Source of the DNA: an uncultured Alphaproteobacteria bacterium
Lineage (GTDB): Bacteria; Pseudomonadota; Alphaproteobacteria; Rickettsiales; CAIJLX01
Assembly (NCBI GenBank): GCA_903821695.1
Contig: CAIJLX010000097.1
Span: forward strand, 3,542 to 67,541
Reading direction: 5' to 3'
DNA: 64,000 bases
Shown here: one piece after another, positions 45,520 through 53,792 of the stretch
Numbering within the stretch: position 1 is the stretch's first letter
How the letters are laid out: every line of letters starts with the position of its first letter
Program-made: the position numbers and the translations under genes
Notes under the pieces: generated by a model
The model's database searches: none
Told to the model about the DNA's origin: nothing
What the model saw: only the letters and a program-made list of their open reading frames with translations

Positions 45520-48312
45520 ATGGCACTAGACTCAGCAAAAACCATCCTTGATAAACAACCAAACACCCCTTTGGGTGGTGCTGAAATTGACACATTACAG
45601 CCAGTAGATTTATTCGGTGTAGAAGATGCTAATGGTCAAAAACAATTTTTCTCATTTGGTAAGCAGCCGTTGGCTACACGTGATGCAGGTAAAGGAGAAA
45701 AAATCGGTGTTGTAGGTGCAGGTGATGTGTGGGACAAGTTCATACTTCCTACAATCGTGCAACGCGGAGCCGAGGCTTATGTATACGACAAGAAGTTTGA
45801 AGCATCTTGCTGGTTAGAGAAGGATTCTAGCTTAGCACCCGATGAAGCAGAAAAAAACGCGGCACAAGAGCGCGAGCGTTTTCAAGCCCTTATAAAAAAA
45901 GCTGGCAAGCAGGATAGCATCCATATGGTGCAGGGTGGCGTAGGTAATATGCCCAATGACTTGAGTTATGTTATGGTGCTTACCCCACCCTCAAGTCACC
46001 TACCAGTGATAAAACAGGTTATGAAAAGTGGTGTTCCTATCGTTGTTGAGAAGCCTTTAGTAGCTACATCAGCGCAAGCAGATGATTTAGCCAAAATACT
46101 GACAGAAACACCATAACCGCTTTACTGCATTGACTGGCAGGTTATGCACGCACTTCCCGTTTTGGCGGCCAGTGGGCTTAAAGTGCCGTTTGCTGATACA
46201 CTTCAAACAGAAGTTCAAAATGCTGCTGCTTATGCGAGATTCCAGCAAGCATTCGACTTAATGAATGTCAAAGTGATTGATGCGCGGTTTGTAGAAGGCG
46301 GAGAAAATCAGCTTGGCGATATTGAGGCTGCCATGAAAAAACGTCCTGAGCTTTTCGACTACGAAAAAGGAGGCGGTATGTTGTTCGACTTGGCAGTACA
46401 TCCTTTGAACGTACTCGCAACGCTCGGATTTAACTCTACTGGTGTAGATGAAGCCTTTCTTGGAAAGCCAAAGAAAGATGCCAATGGCAACTTCATGGCG
46501 GGTGTTTATGAGCGGTTTGGCAAAGAAGATGGCACTAAAACAGGCGAAACTTATGGTCGTGCCTTTATGCGTATGGGCATTGAAGGTGGTGGGCAGGATA
46601 TAAAAACTACCATCGAAGCTGCGAAAGGAGCCGCCTCTAATGATGGGCGACTGATACTTAACGATGGTAAATATGAGTTGCGGTGGGAGATGTTTCCAAA
46701 TGAAAAAAGCGGCATAGGAAGCAAGCTAGAAATTAAGGAATTGGCTACTGGAGAGGTTATTGCCACTTCAACGCTTGCGGCGGATTGTTATGCTTTAATC
46801 ATGCAAGACATTAGCAACTTTGTAAAAAGCGGAAGCAAAGATGCACCATACTTTCCTGAACACAGAGATATGATACACGCGATTGCCGCTATCCATACAC
46901 TGGCGCGTAGTCAGACAATTTCGACTGGCGAAGAAGTAAGACAACTCAAAATCGATGAATTAAAGGAGGTTGCTATGAATCAAGATAATACTCCACGGAG
47001 TGTGCCTGTAAAAAATATGAGCATAGACAGCACCCTTCCAAAAGATTGGAAAGATGGAACATTTGTTGGTCGTATCATGCTGCCAGAAGGTCCTGCGATA
47101 GTACGCCTAGAAACAGATGGTACTTTGACAGACATCACCCAGAGTTTCCGTACTATGAGTAAGTTGTGTAAAGAAGAAGACCCTGCGGCATCAGCAAAGG
47201 CTGTCACAGGTAGAACTATTGGTAAACTTGAAGATATTCTAAAAAATACATCAGAAGATCCAACCTCGCGTAATAAACCTCGCCTGATTTCGCCTATTGA
47301 TTTACAGACAGTGAAAGCAGCGGGTGTGACTTTTGCTGAATCACTGATTGAACGTGCCGTAGATGAAGCAACAGGTAGAATACCGAATGACCCCGCTGGA
47401 GTAGTGGGGCCAAAACAACAAAAGAAAGATGAAATACGCCAGCAACTCAGAAGTATGCTAGGAGAAGATATTTCGAAGATAAATCCGGGTTCACAAGAAG
47501 CACTTGCCTTATTAGACCACATTACTAAGCCAGTCGAAGAAGGTGGTCTTGGTCTTTCAAAACACTATTTTGCTGTAGGATTGGGAGAGCTGGCAGAAGT
47601 TTTCACAAAAGCAGACACCCTTGCATCTGTGGGCAGCGGCGTTGCGGCTGGATTTCTAGACGATGCAAAGTATGGGTTAAACAATCCAGAGCCAGAAGTC
47701 GTGCTTATCACCTCCCCGACCAAAGACAATAAGGGAGGAAGAGTGGTTGGTGCGGCACTAGGTAACGACATAAACCACAGGACGATTGAAGGAAAGTCAG
47801 CTCTTCTGCTTGGTGAATGTAAAAATCAGAATGGAACTTGTGCTATCGGTCCTTTTATACGTCTCTTTGACAAGAGTTTTTCGCTAGACGATGTTCGCAA
47901 AATGGAAGTCAATTTGCACATTGAAAACAGTGGAAAGCAAGTGTTTTCTGGCACAAATAACATGGCTGAAATTAGTCGTGAACCACAATCTCTTGTTGAC
48001 CAAATGTACGCAGAAAATAAAAGTTATGGCAGTGGGGCAGTGCTTTTCTGTGGCACTACCTGTGTTCCAAAAACACGAGATGACGGGACAGATTTTACAC
48101 ATCGCAAAGGGGATGTTGTCAGCATTACATCAGACAAACTTGGTTCTCTGAGAAATGTTATGCAACATTGTACTGATATTCCACAACCTGAGTTTGACCT
48201 TGATTCTCTGTCTGAAAACCATGCCAAACGCAATTTGTTCACATCCAAGGGGTCATTACAAGAATTGATGGGTAGTCGTAGATCTGAATCTCTGCCTACA
48301 TATCTTTTGTAA
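45520..48312 (+). pseudogene. Gfo/Idh/MocA-type oxidoreductase fused to an FAH-family (fumarylacetoacetate hydrolase-like) domain, interrupted by an in-frame TAA
   Basis: Track ORFs 45505..46116 and 46144..48312 are in the same frame and separated only by the TAA at 46114-46116. The N-terminal part has the Rossmann motifs IGVVGAGDV and VVEKPL. Reading across the stop gives ...ILTETP*PLYCIDWQV..., which continues the same fold. The C-terminal ~430 aa resemble FAH-family proteins (SPIDLQTVKAAGVTFAESLIERAVDE..., GNDINHR, SREP). Confidence 0.6.
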
Positions 48313-48679
48313 AAGGGATGGTGCTTCTGTTCCCAGCAAGGGAGTAAGCTATCAGTTATAGGCGATGATTTTGTTGTGATGCTGAACATATAGTCGTGTG
48401 CACCAGCAATCTTTTCCTAATTTCCCCCTTGTCTTTAACAGTCAATCCCCTATCGTTTCATTGAACAACCAAGCGGTTGTTTTGGAGCTTCAAACTCCAT
48501 CAGGGCGGCTGACATCGGCCGCGAATGATGTCGTCTTCCGACCTTTATGGCCGGAGTGCGATAATGCATGTCCAGCCTTGCGGTAAAGATTATCGCGGTC
48601 ATCCCTGATGATTTTGAAGCTCCGGCTACCAGCACAATTCCGTGTTGGTGGCTTGGGGCTTAATCAATCGGGGGGCGAA

Positions 48680-49702
48680 ATGACATCACTGCTTATATTA
48701 GTACTTTCCATCAGTCTTATTGTCGGCACTATTGCCGTATTTGTGGATTTGCCCACATTAAAAATCACAACACGCACACAGGGTAAAGTCATTGCGGGTA
48801 CTTCTTATCTGCTGCTGTTATTACTCGCGCCTGATGGTACAAAATACGGTCTTTTAGTGATGCTCTGCATGTCATCCATTCTTATTGGATTGTTAAATCT
48901 TGTCTATCCTTGGAAGCGGATAGGCATCCATACCCGAAAAACAGCAGGGTACATACTTCTCTTCGCACTCGTGCCTATGCTTGCTACAAATGCTTTTGAA
49001 ACACAGGATGGGGTTAGAATGCTCAGCTATAAAGCCGAGCAGCAGCGAACCGATAAAGTTGCGATAGAAAAGAAACGGCAAGAAATGCTGGCGCAGGAAG
49101 AAAAGATGAAGCTGGAACAGCCTGAAGCCTATGCAAAAATGATGGCGGATAAAGAGGCAGAAAGTCGTACACAACTAGCGAAGCAGAATGAGGTTAGCCA
49201 AAAAGAAGCGATGACACGTCAGAAAGCGGTAGATAGCCAAGCTGCTGTAGTGAGTACGATTGTCGTGGTTTTGTTTTTTGCTCTTATCGCTTGGATAGGT
49301 TGGCTCGGTTCAGCGATTAAAACCGAGATTTTGGCTGGAGATTTCAAAACGGGTATCGCTCCTATTTACCACATTCCATTCAAGGGGAAGTACATCACAC
49401 TGAAAAGCTCCGATGGTGGAACGAAGATGCTAAAAAAGTGGAAAGTCGAAAAAATATCACTGTCGGAACTGGATGCAGTAGATGAGGTTACGAAAGAGAA
49501 TGAGAAAAAGTTTGGTGGTTCGCTAGGGGCAAGCTTGGTTGGTGGTGCTATTTTCGGTGGCGCAGGATTGTTAGCAGGAGCATTATCTGGTGGAAGCAAA
49601 ACCAAGATAGCTTTCGCAGCCACATTCAAGGATGGCCGCAGGTTTCTAGGCACAGTAGATGGCAAAGAGTTTTTGGTGTTAAAAGCGGCAGCCTTCAAAT
49701 GA
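48680..49702 (+). CDS. hypothetical multi-TM / coiled-coil membrane protein (island cargo)
   Basis: The ATG at 48680 follows GGGGGG. Four N-terminal TM helices are followed by a Lys/Glu/Gln-rich coiled coil (KVAIEKKRQEMLAQEEKMKLEQPEAYAKMMADKEAE), a fifth TM helix, and a C-terminal globular part with a Gly-zipper (GGSLGASLVGGAIFGGAGLLAGALSGG). Confidence 0.6.
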   Translation: MTSLLILVLSISLIVGTIAVFVDLPTLKITTRTQGKVIAGTSYLLLLLLAPDGTKYGLLVMLCMSSILIGLLNLVYPWKRIGIHTRKTAGYILLFALVPMLATNAFETQDGVRMLSYKAEQQRTDKVAIEKKRQEMLAQEEKMKLEQPEAYAKMMADKEAESRTQLAKQNEVSQKEAMTRQKAVDSQAAVVSTIVVVLFFALIAWIGWLGSAIKTEILAGDFKTGIAPIYHIPFKGKYITLKSSDGGTKMLKKWKVEKISLSELDAVDEVTKENEKKFGGSLGASLVGGAIFGGAGLLAGALSGGSKTKIAFAATFKDGRRFLGTVDGKEFLVLKAAAFK

Positions 49703-50187
49703 GCCACAAAGTTTCGCACCTCATACTGCTAACGATATTGCTTTCAGCCTGTCAGAACATAATGCCAAGCGATAAAGGCTACTTGTATGGCACAGCCAAG
49801 GTCATTGATGGTGATACATTGCGGGTGGCTGGGGCTGATATAAGGTTGTTTGGCATTGATGCACCAGAGGTGAGTCAGACCTGCACCAGAAGAGGCGTGG
49901 AATGGTCATGTGGTGAGGTGGCAAAAAAACGCATGATAAAGTTAGCAGAAGGTAAAGTCGTGCGCTGCAATACCAGAGGCCGTGACTCACGCTATCGCCG
50001 CCCCGTGGCAGTGTGCTGGCTTGGTGGTAAAGAGCTGAACCGCATGATGGCGGCTGAAGGTCTGGCAGTAATAGATGAACGCTACCCCACCGATTATCAA
50101 AAAGAGCAAGCAGCAGCCCGCAAAGCAAAACGTGGTGTTTGGGCTGGAGAGTTTGAGCAGCCTAAAGATTGGCGGAAACAGAATTAA
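49699..50187 (+). CDS. SNase-type (thermonuclease family) nuclease, predicted lipoprotein
   Basis: The start overlaps the upstream stop (ATGA). Lipobox LLSAC. VIDGDTLRV, IRLFGIDAPE, RYRRPVAVC and AKRGVWA correspond to staphylococcal-nuclease Ca-binding and catalytic motifs. Confidence 0.8.
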   Translation: MSHKVSHLILLTILLSACQNIMPSDKGYLYGTAKVIDGDTLRVAGADIRLFGIDAPEVSQTCTRRGVEWSCGEVAKKRMIKLAEGKVVRCNTRGRDSRYRRPVAVCWLGGKELNRMMAAEGLAVIDERYPTDYQKEQAAARKAKRGVWAGEFEQPKDWRKQN

Positions 50188-50229
50188 CGACTTACGGACT
50201 TTGTTAGTATATGTTATATAAGGTTAATT

Positions 50230-50988
50230 ATGGCAAAGGCTGGAATAAAACATAAAGACTATAAAAAGCCTCCTATTAAAGAGGCAGTTATAGAGGTGCG
50301 CTTTACTGACAGCCTAAGTAATGCTGCCTTAGAAAAACTAGTCTTAAAGCTGAAATCTAAATTCAGCGTCCAGAAGATGGAAGAGTTTGGGATAAAAATA
50401 TCCCACGAACAAAAGTCTGGGGTAAAAACAGAGCCCTTAAAAACAAGGCTAATCGGTTATAAATTGATTGAAAATGCTGACAGCACGAATGTGGTGCTGC
50501 TTAAACATGATGCTTTTTCTATCTCGCAGCTTGCTCCTTATCGCGGATGGGCTGAATTTTTAGAGAACTTTAAGAAATACCACGACATTTATACACATAA
50601 GCAGCATAAGAAAATAAGTAGAATAGGCGTACGTTTTATCAATAGAATTGATATTCCAGCGAGTGGAAACAAGATTGAGCTTGAAGATTATTTCAATGTC
50701 TTCCCAACACTTCCTAAGAAGGATTTTCCGGACTTTAATCGTTATGTGGTTCAAACCACATCACTTCTCGATACAGAGAAATTGTTGACGATTAACGCTT
50801 ATAGCTATAACGAAGATACGCCACTTATAGACCACTGTTCTATTGTGTTGGATATAGATATTGGGCAAATAAATAATCTGCCACAGAACTCTACAAAACT
50901 ATATCAAGTGTTAGAAGAACTAAGAGAAAAGAAAAACTTTTTCTTTGAAAAACTGATTAAACCTCAATCCAGAAGGTTATTCAAATGA
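50230..50988 (+). CDS. TIGR04255-like uncharacterised protein
   Basis: 252 aa. The N-terminal YKKPPIKEAVIEVRF pattern and the overall size match my memory of the TIGR04255 family. No function is known. Confidence 0.5.
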   Translation: MAKAGIKHKDYKKPPIKEAVIEVRFTDSLSNAALEKLVLKLKSKFSVQKMEEFGIKISHEQKSGVKTEPLKTRLIGYKLIENADSTNVVLLKHDAFSISQLAPYRGWAEFLENFKKYHDIYTHKQHKKISRIGVRFINRIDIPASGNKIELEDYFNVFPTLPKKDFPDFNRYVVQTTSLLDTEKLLTINAYSYNEDTPLIDHCSIVLDIDIGQINNLPQNSTKLYQVLEELREKKNFFFEKLIKPQSRRLFK

Positions 50989-51599
50989 GTGCATTAGCCC
51001 GCTCCCCTTTTTTAAAGCAACAGTCTTCGTCCAAGTCTGAGGTAATATCGTCGAGTATTTATTCAAACTATCCTGACAATTTAGAATCTACTAACGCCAC
51101 AGGAAAGCCAGAAGAGCCTACCAGAACAGAAGAATTAGAAGACCCTTCAACGGAAGAAAGAGTGCTATGTAATCGCGCTGAATTAAAAATCATCGCCTCC
51201 ATATATGCATTGCAACATATAGAATCAAAGGTGCGGACTCAATTGTTTAACCAAATAGATTGGTTGCTTAGTCCTGAAAACTGGGAAGACGAAGATAAGC
51301 TAGCTAATAAAGATTCGTTTAAAACGCTGATTAAATTCATACTTAATTTCCATCCTACCGAAGCTCCTTATTTGGGGTTATCTTCAGAAGGTAATTTACT
51401 CGCTGAATGGCGACAAGAATCAAACAAGTTATCTCTTGAATGCCTTCCACAAGAGAAAACAAAATGGTTCGTTTCTTGCACAATTGATGGTGAAGGAGAG
51501 AGAGCCAGCGGGGAAGCTCCATCTTTGCGACGTTTGCTTAACTTGTTAGAGCCGTATAAAAAAGTGGGTTGGTTTAATGAGTCAGAAAAACATACCTGA
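50985..51599 (+). CDS. hypothetical protein (island cargo)
   Basis: 204 aa. The start overlaps the upstream stop (ATGA). The N-terminus is Ser-rich and acidic and looks disordered; the C-terminal half is globular. I recognise no family. Confidence 0.5.
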   Translation: MSALARSPFLKQQSSSKSEVISSSIYSNYPDNLESTNATGKPEEPTRTEELEDPSTEERVLCNRAELKIIASIYALQHIESKVRTQLFNQIDWLLSPENWEDEDKLANKDSFKTLIKFILNFHPTEAPYLGLSSEGNLLAEWRQESNKLSLECLPQEKTKWFVSCTIDGEGERASGEAPSLRRLLNLLEPYKKVGWFNESEKHT

Positions 51600-52050
51600 T
51601 AGCGATAATGTATTGCGATGGGCGAAGAATGCACATCTGGTCAAAAATCATGATGGAAAGGTTATCGGCTGTTATCATGTCCTATTCACATTGCGTACAG
51701 ACCAAGAATTTATAGACCGCAAAGGTAAAAAAGAGGATTTCTTATCTGTTAACTGGTTAGAGTATTTTACTGGCACCCAAGACGAGCAGCTCAACGCAGC
51801 AGTGAGTGAGTTTAAATCCAAAAGAGGGAATAAACTTCCGAAAAACTCTTATTTCACTCAACTTAATGTTGGAGAGCTCAAAGAACTCTGCCTCAAGCAT
51901 TCGGCCAAAGTCAGGGTAGTTCACGAATCAACAAAAGACAGCCACAGTGCGATTAGACAGTTACCCCAAGACAAAACTATGCTTTTTGATGATTTATGCA
52001 CGGCGGCTTCTAAGAGCCTAATACCAGCCACTAAGTTTGCTTGCAAGTAA
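51577..52050 (+). CDS. hypothetical protein (island cargo)
   Basis: 157 aa, overlapping the upstream gene by 23 nt. The N-terminus IPDSDNVLRWAK... and the FLSVNWLEYF motif look like a recurrent uncharacterised family that I cannot name. Confidence 0.5.
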   Translation: MSQKNIPDSDNVLRWAKNAHLVKNHDGKVIGCYHVLFTLRTDQEFIDRKGKKEDFLSVNWLEYFTGTQDEQLNAAVSEFKSKRGNKLPKNSYFTQLNVGELKELCLKHSAKVRVVHESTKDSHSAIRQLPQDKTMLFDDLCTAASKSLIPATKFACK

Positions 52051-52126
52051 ACCCACTCGTTATGATTGCTTGTATAGAAGCAAAACCTTAACACCTGATA
52101 TTCAATGCTAATATAACAAACTTTTA

Positions 52127-52140
52127 TGCAACTAGTTGCA
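52127..52140. promoter_or_regulatory. perfect 14-bp palindrome (candidate operator)
   Basis: TGCAACTAGTTGCA lies 46 nt upstream of the ATG at 52186. Confidence 0.4.
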
Positions 52141-52185
52141 AAATGTGTATTCTGATAGAAACTCCACGGAGGAACGGAGGCAGAA

Positions 52186-52719
52186 ATGAAAAATCAAAAC
52201 AACCATCGCCCTACCTTAAACAAGCGTATTGTGGTGGACGCAGAGCTTGCGAGAAAGCTACTTGCGTTCAAAAACGGCTGTAAATCTGGTGAGTTTGATA
52301 AGAAAGTCGAAAAAAAGTTCGGCATCAAAAGACGTAAGGCACGGTATGTGCTGCAAATTGCAGACAAGCTAAAGGAATCGGAAATAGCATGGGAAAAGGT
52401 TGGGCACTTGGGGTGGACAAAGCTAAAAGAGCTTGCGCTGATTATAACCAAAGAGAATGTTGATGAGATAATGAAAAAACTAGCAGATGCTAACATTGAT
52501 ACAGTGAAGAAGTTTGTCCGCCAATATGATGGGGATAGTAAGCAGGTGGTCGAACCAGTAAAAACCATGTTGCTCACATTATCACCTGCTCAGTATGACG
52601 CGATAAAGAAAACTTTGGAGCGTATAAAGGTAAAGAAACTGGACGGCAACGGCGAAGCACTAGCCGCACTGTGCAAATCTGCCGAGCTAACGCACAAGCG
52701 AGCCAACAAAACCAAGTGA
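52186..52719 (+). CDS. hypothetical basic protein, possibly DNA-binding (island)
   Basis: 177 aa and Lys/Arg-rich, with a strong SD (GGAGGAACGGAGG). The segment RRKARYVLQIADKL...GHLGWTKLKELA is loosely ParB/HTH-like. I recognise no firm family. Confidence 0.5.
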   Translation: MKNQNNHRPTLNKRIVVDAELARKLLAFKNGCKSGEFDKKVEKKFGIKRRKARYVLQIADKLKESEIAWEKVGHLGWTKLKELALIITKENVDEIMKKLADANIDTVKKFVRQYDGDSKQVVEPVKTMLLTLSPAQYDAIKKTLERIKVKKLDGNGEALAALCKSAELTHKRANKTK

Positions 52720-52877
52720 TGCCCCGCCTTAGGCTGCTTTCCATGCCCGTCAGTCAATAGGGGTGATACTATCAGCCACCCAACTACCCGAAGGCAGCAT
52801 TACGGCGGGTGATAGGTTAAAAAGGGATAATGATTTTATGGTGCATGGAGCGACACCTGAATGCCCTGCCGTTTTTA

Positions 52878-52903
52878 TTTTTTGGACTTCATTTGGACTT
52901 CAG
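52878..52903 (+). repeat. 26-bp internal island-end repeat, copy B (2 x TTTGGACTTCA)
   Basis: Identical to 42756-42781. It lies 55 nt inside the tRNA-proximal att repeat and is followed by a 10-bp inverted repeat, CAGTCACTTT (52901-52910) / AAAGTGACTG (52944-52953). Confidence 0.85.
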
Positions 52904-52957
52904 TCACTTTTTCATTTTCTGATTTTTATCTCAAAATCTGCTGAAAGTGACTGTGAG

Positions 52958-53007
52958 AGTGGCGGGAGTGACGGGACTTGAACCCGCGACCTCTGCCGTG
53001 ACAGGGC
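52958..53007 (-). repeat. island att repeat, tRNA-proximal copy
   Basis: 50/50 identity with 42561-42610. It forms the 3' 48 nt of tRNA-Asp plus 2 nt. Confidence 0.9.
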
Positions 53008-53036
53008 AGCGCTCTAACCAACTGAGCTACACCCCC
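52960..53036 (-). tRNA. tRNA-Asp (anticodon GTC)
   Basis: The reverse complement folds as acceptor GGGGGTG/CACTCCC (one G-U pair), D arm GCTC-AGTTGGTTA-GAGC, anticodon arm CTGCC-CTGTCAC-GGCAG, T arm GCGGG-TTCAAGT-CCCGT, discriminator G and CCA. Confidence 0.9.
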
Positions 53037-53167
53037 ACAAATACGCCCATAAAAAGCGGCGGGGAGCGGGTTAATTCCCACATTTTCAGGGAAATGACAA
53101 GGAGAAAATGTAATCTCTAGCGTTACCCGCCGTGAATAGACCAATGCCCCGTATTAACTAAGGAAAA

Positions 53168-53770
53168 TTAATCGTTCGCTTTCAGGGTTTCCAGGCGTTG
53201 TTTGAGCTGATCCAGCAGGTAATCCATGCCTTCGCGAGAAACAACCGAGCCAAACTCCGAACGCTGGGTATTGATCAGGCTTACACCCTCAGAGATGATG
53301 TCGATCACATGGAAGGTGCCTGCATCTTCCCGCACGCGGTAATCAACGCGGATAGGGGCTGCGTTAGCGGAAAGGATATTCGTTTTGACCAGATATTCCC
53401 CTTTGCCGTGGCTTTGGGTTTCCGCCAGCTCGAATTTTTGGCCTTTGTATTCTTTGAAGCGTGGAACATAGCTGCGGATTAAGAATTCATGATAAATATC
53501 GTCGTATTTCTTTTTTTGAACCGGGGTTGCGGTTTTGTAGTATTTACCAAGCACAAAGCGACCAATCCACTTGGTATCCACTGTTTGCTCGAATAATTTG
53601 ATCAGCTTGGTTTGCTTAGTACCCTGATCGATTTTTTTGTTAGAAATAATCTCAAGCACTTTATTGCTGACACCTAATACATAGGTTTTTGCTTCCTTTT
53701 CACCCGCTTGCGCCGAAGAAGCCGCCGCCAAGGCAATCACCATCAACACTGACCAGAGATATCGTTTCAT
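53168..53770 (-). CDS. mlaC: phospholipid-binding periplasmic protein MlaC (Ttg2D family)
   Basis: Start at ATG 53770 (MKRYLWSVLMVIALAAASSAQA, a signal peptide). VDTKWIGRFVLGKYYKTATP.Q...Y...F......Y is typical of MlaC. Confidence 0.8.
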   Translation of the reverse strand: MKRYLWSVLMVIALAAASSAQAGEKEAKTYVLGVSNKVLEIISNKKIDQGTKQTKLIKLFEQTVDTKWIGRFVLGKYYKTATPVQKKKYDDIYHEFLIRSYVPRFKEYKGQKFELAETQSHGKGEYLVKTNILSANAAPIRVDYRVREDAGTFHVIDIISEGVSLINTQRSEFGSVVSREGMDYLLDQLKQRLETLKAND

Positions 53771-53792
53771 AAAACCTACTATCGTTAACATG

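Larger units (their letters stand above)
42561..53007. mobile_element. ~10.4-kb integrated genomic island at tRNA-Asp(GTC)
   Basis: An exact 50-bp direct repeat at both ends, one of which is part of an intact tRNA-Asp. A tyrosine integrase and an AlpA/Xis-like gene lie inside. The cargo is unrelated to the flanking core genes, and decayed genes are present. Confidence 0.85.

Noticed and set aside
46144-48312. Treating ATG 46144 as the genuine start of an independent 722-aa protein.
   Set aside because: The preceding 27 nt, in the same frame (PLYCIDWQV), continue the Rossmann-fold sequence of the upstream ORF. There is no SD before 46144. A nonsense-interrupted single gene explains the data better, though read support should be checked.
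52926-53144. Minus-strand 72-aa ORF overlapping tRNA-Asp.
   Set aside because: It is read through the tRNA gene and is an artefact.
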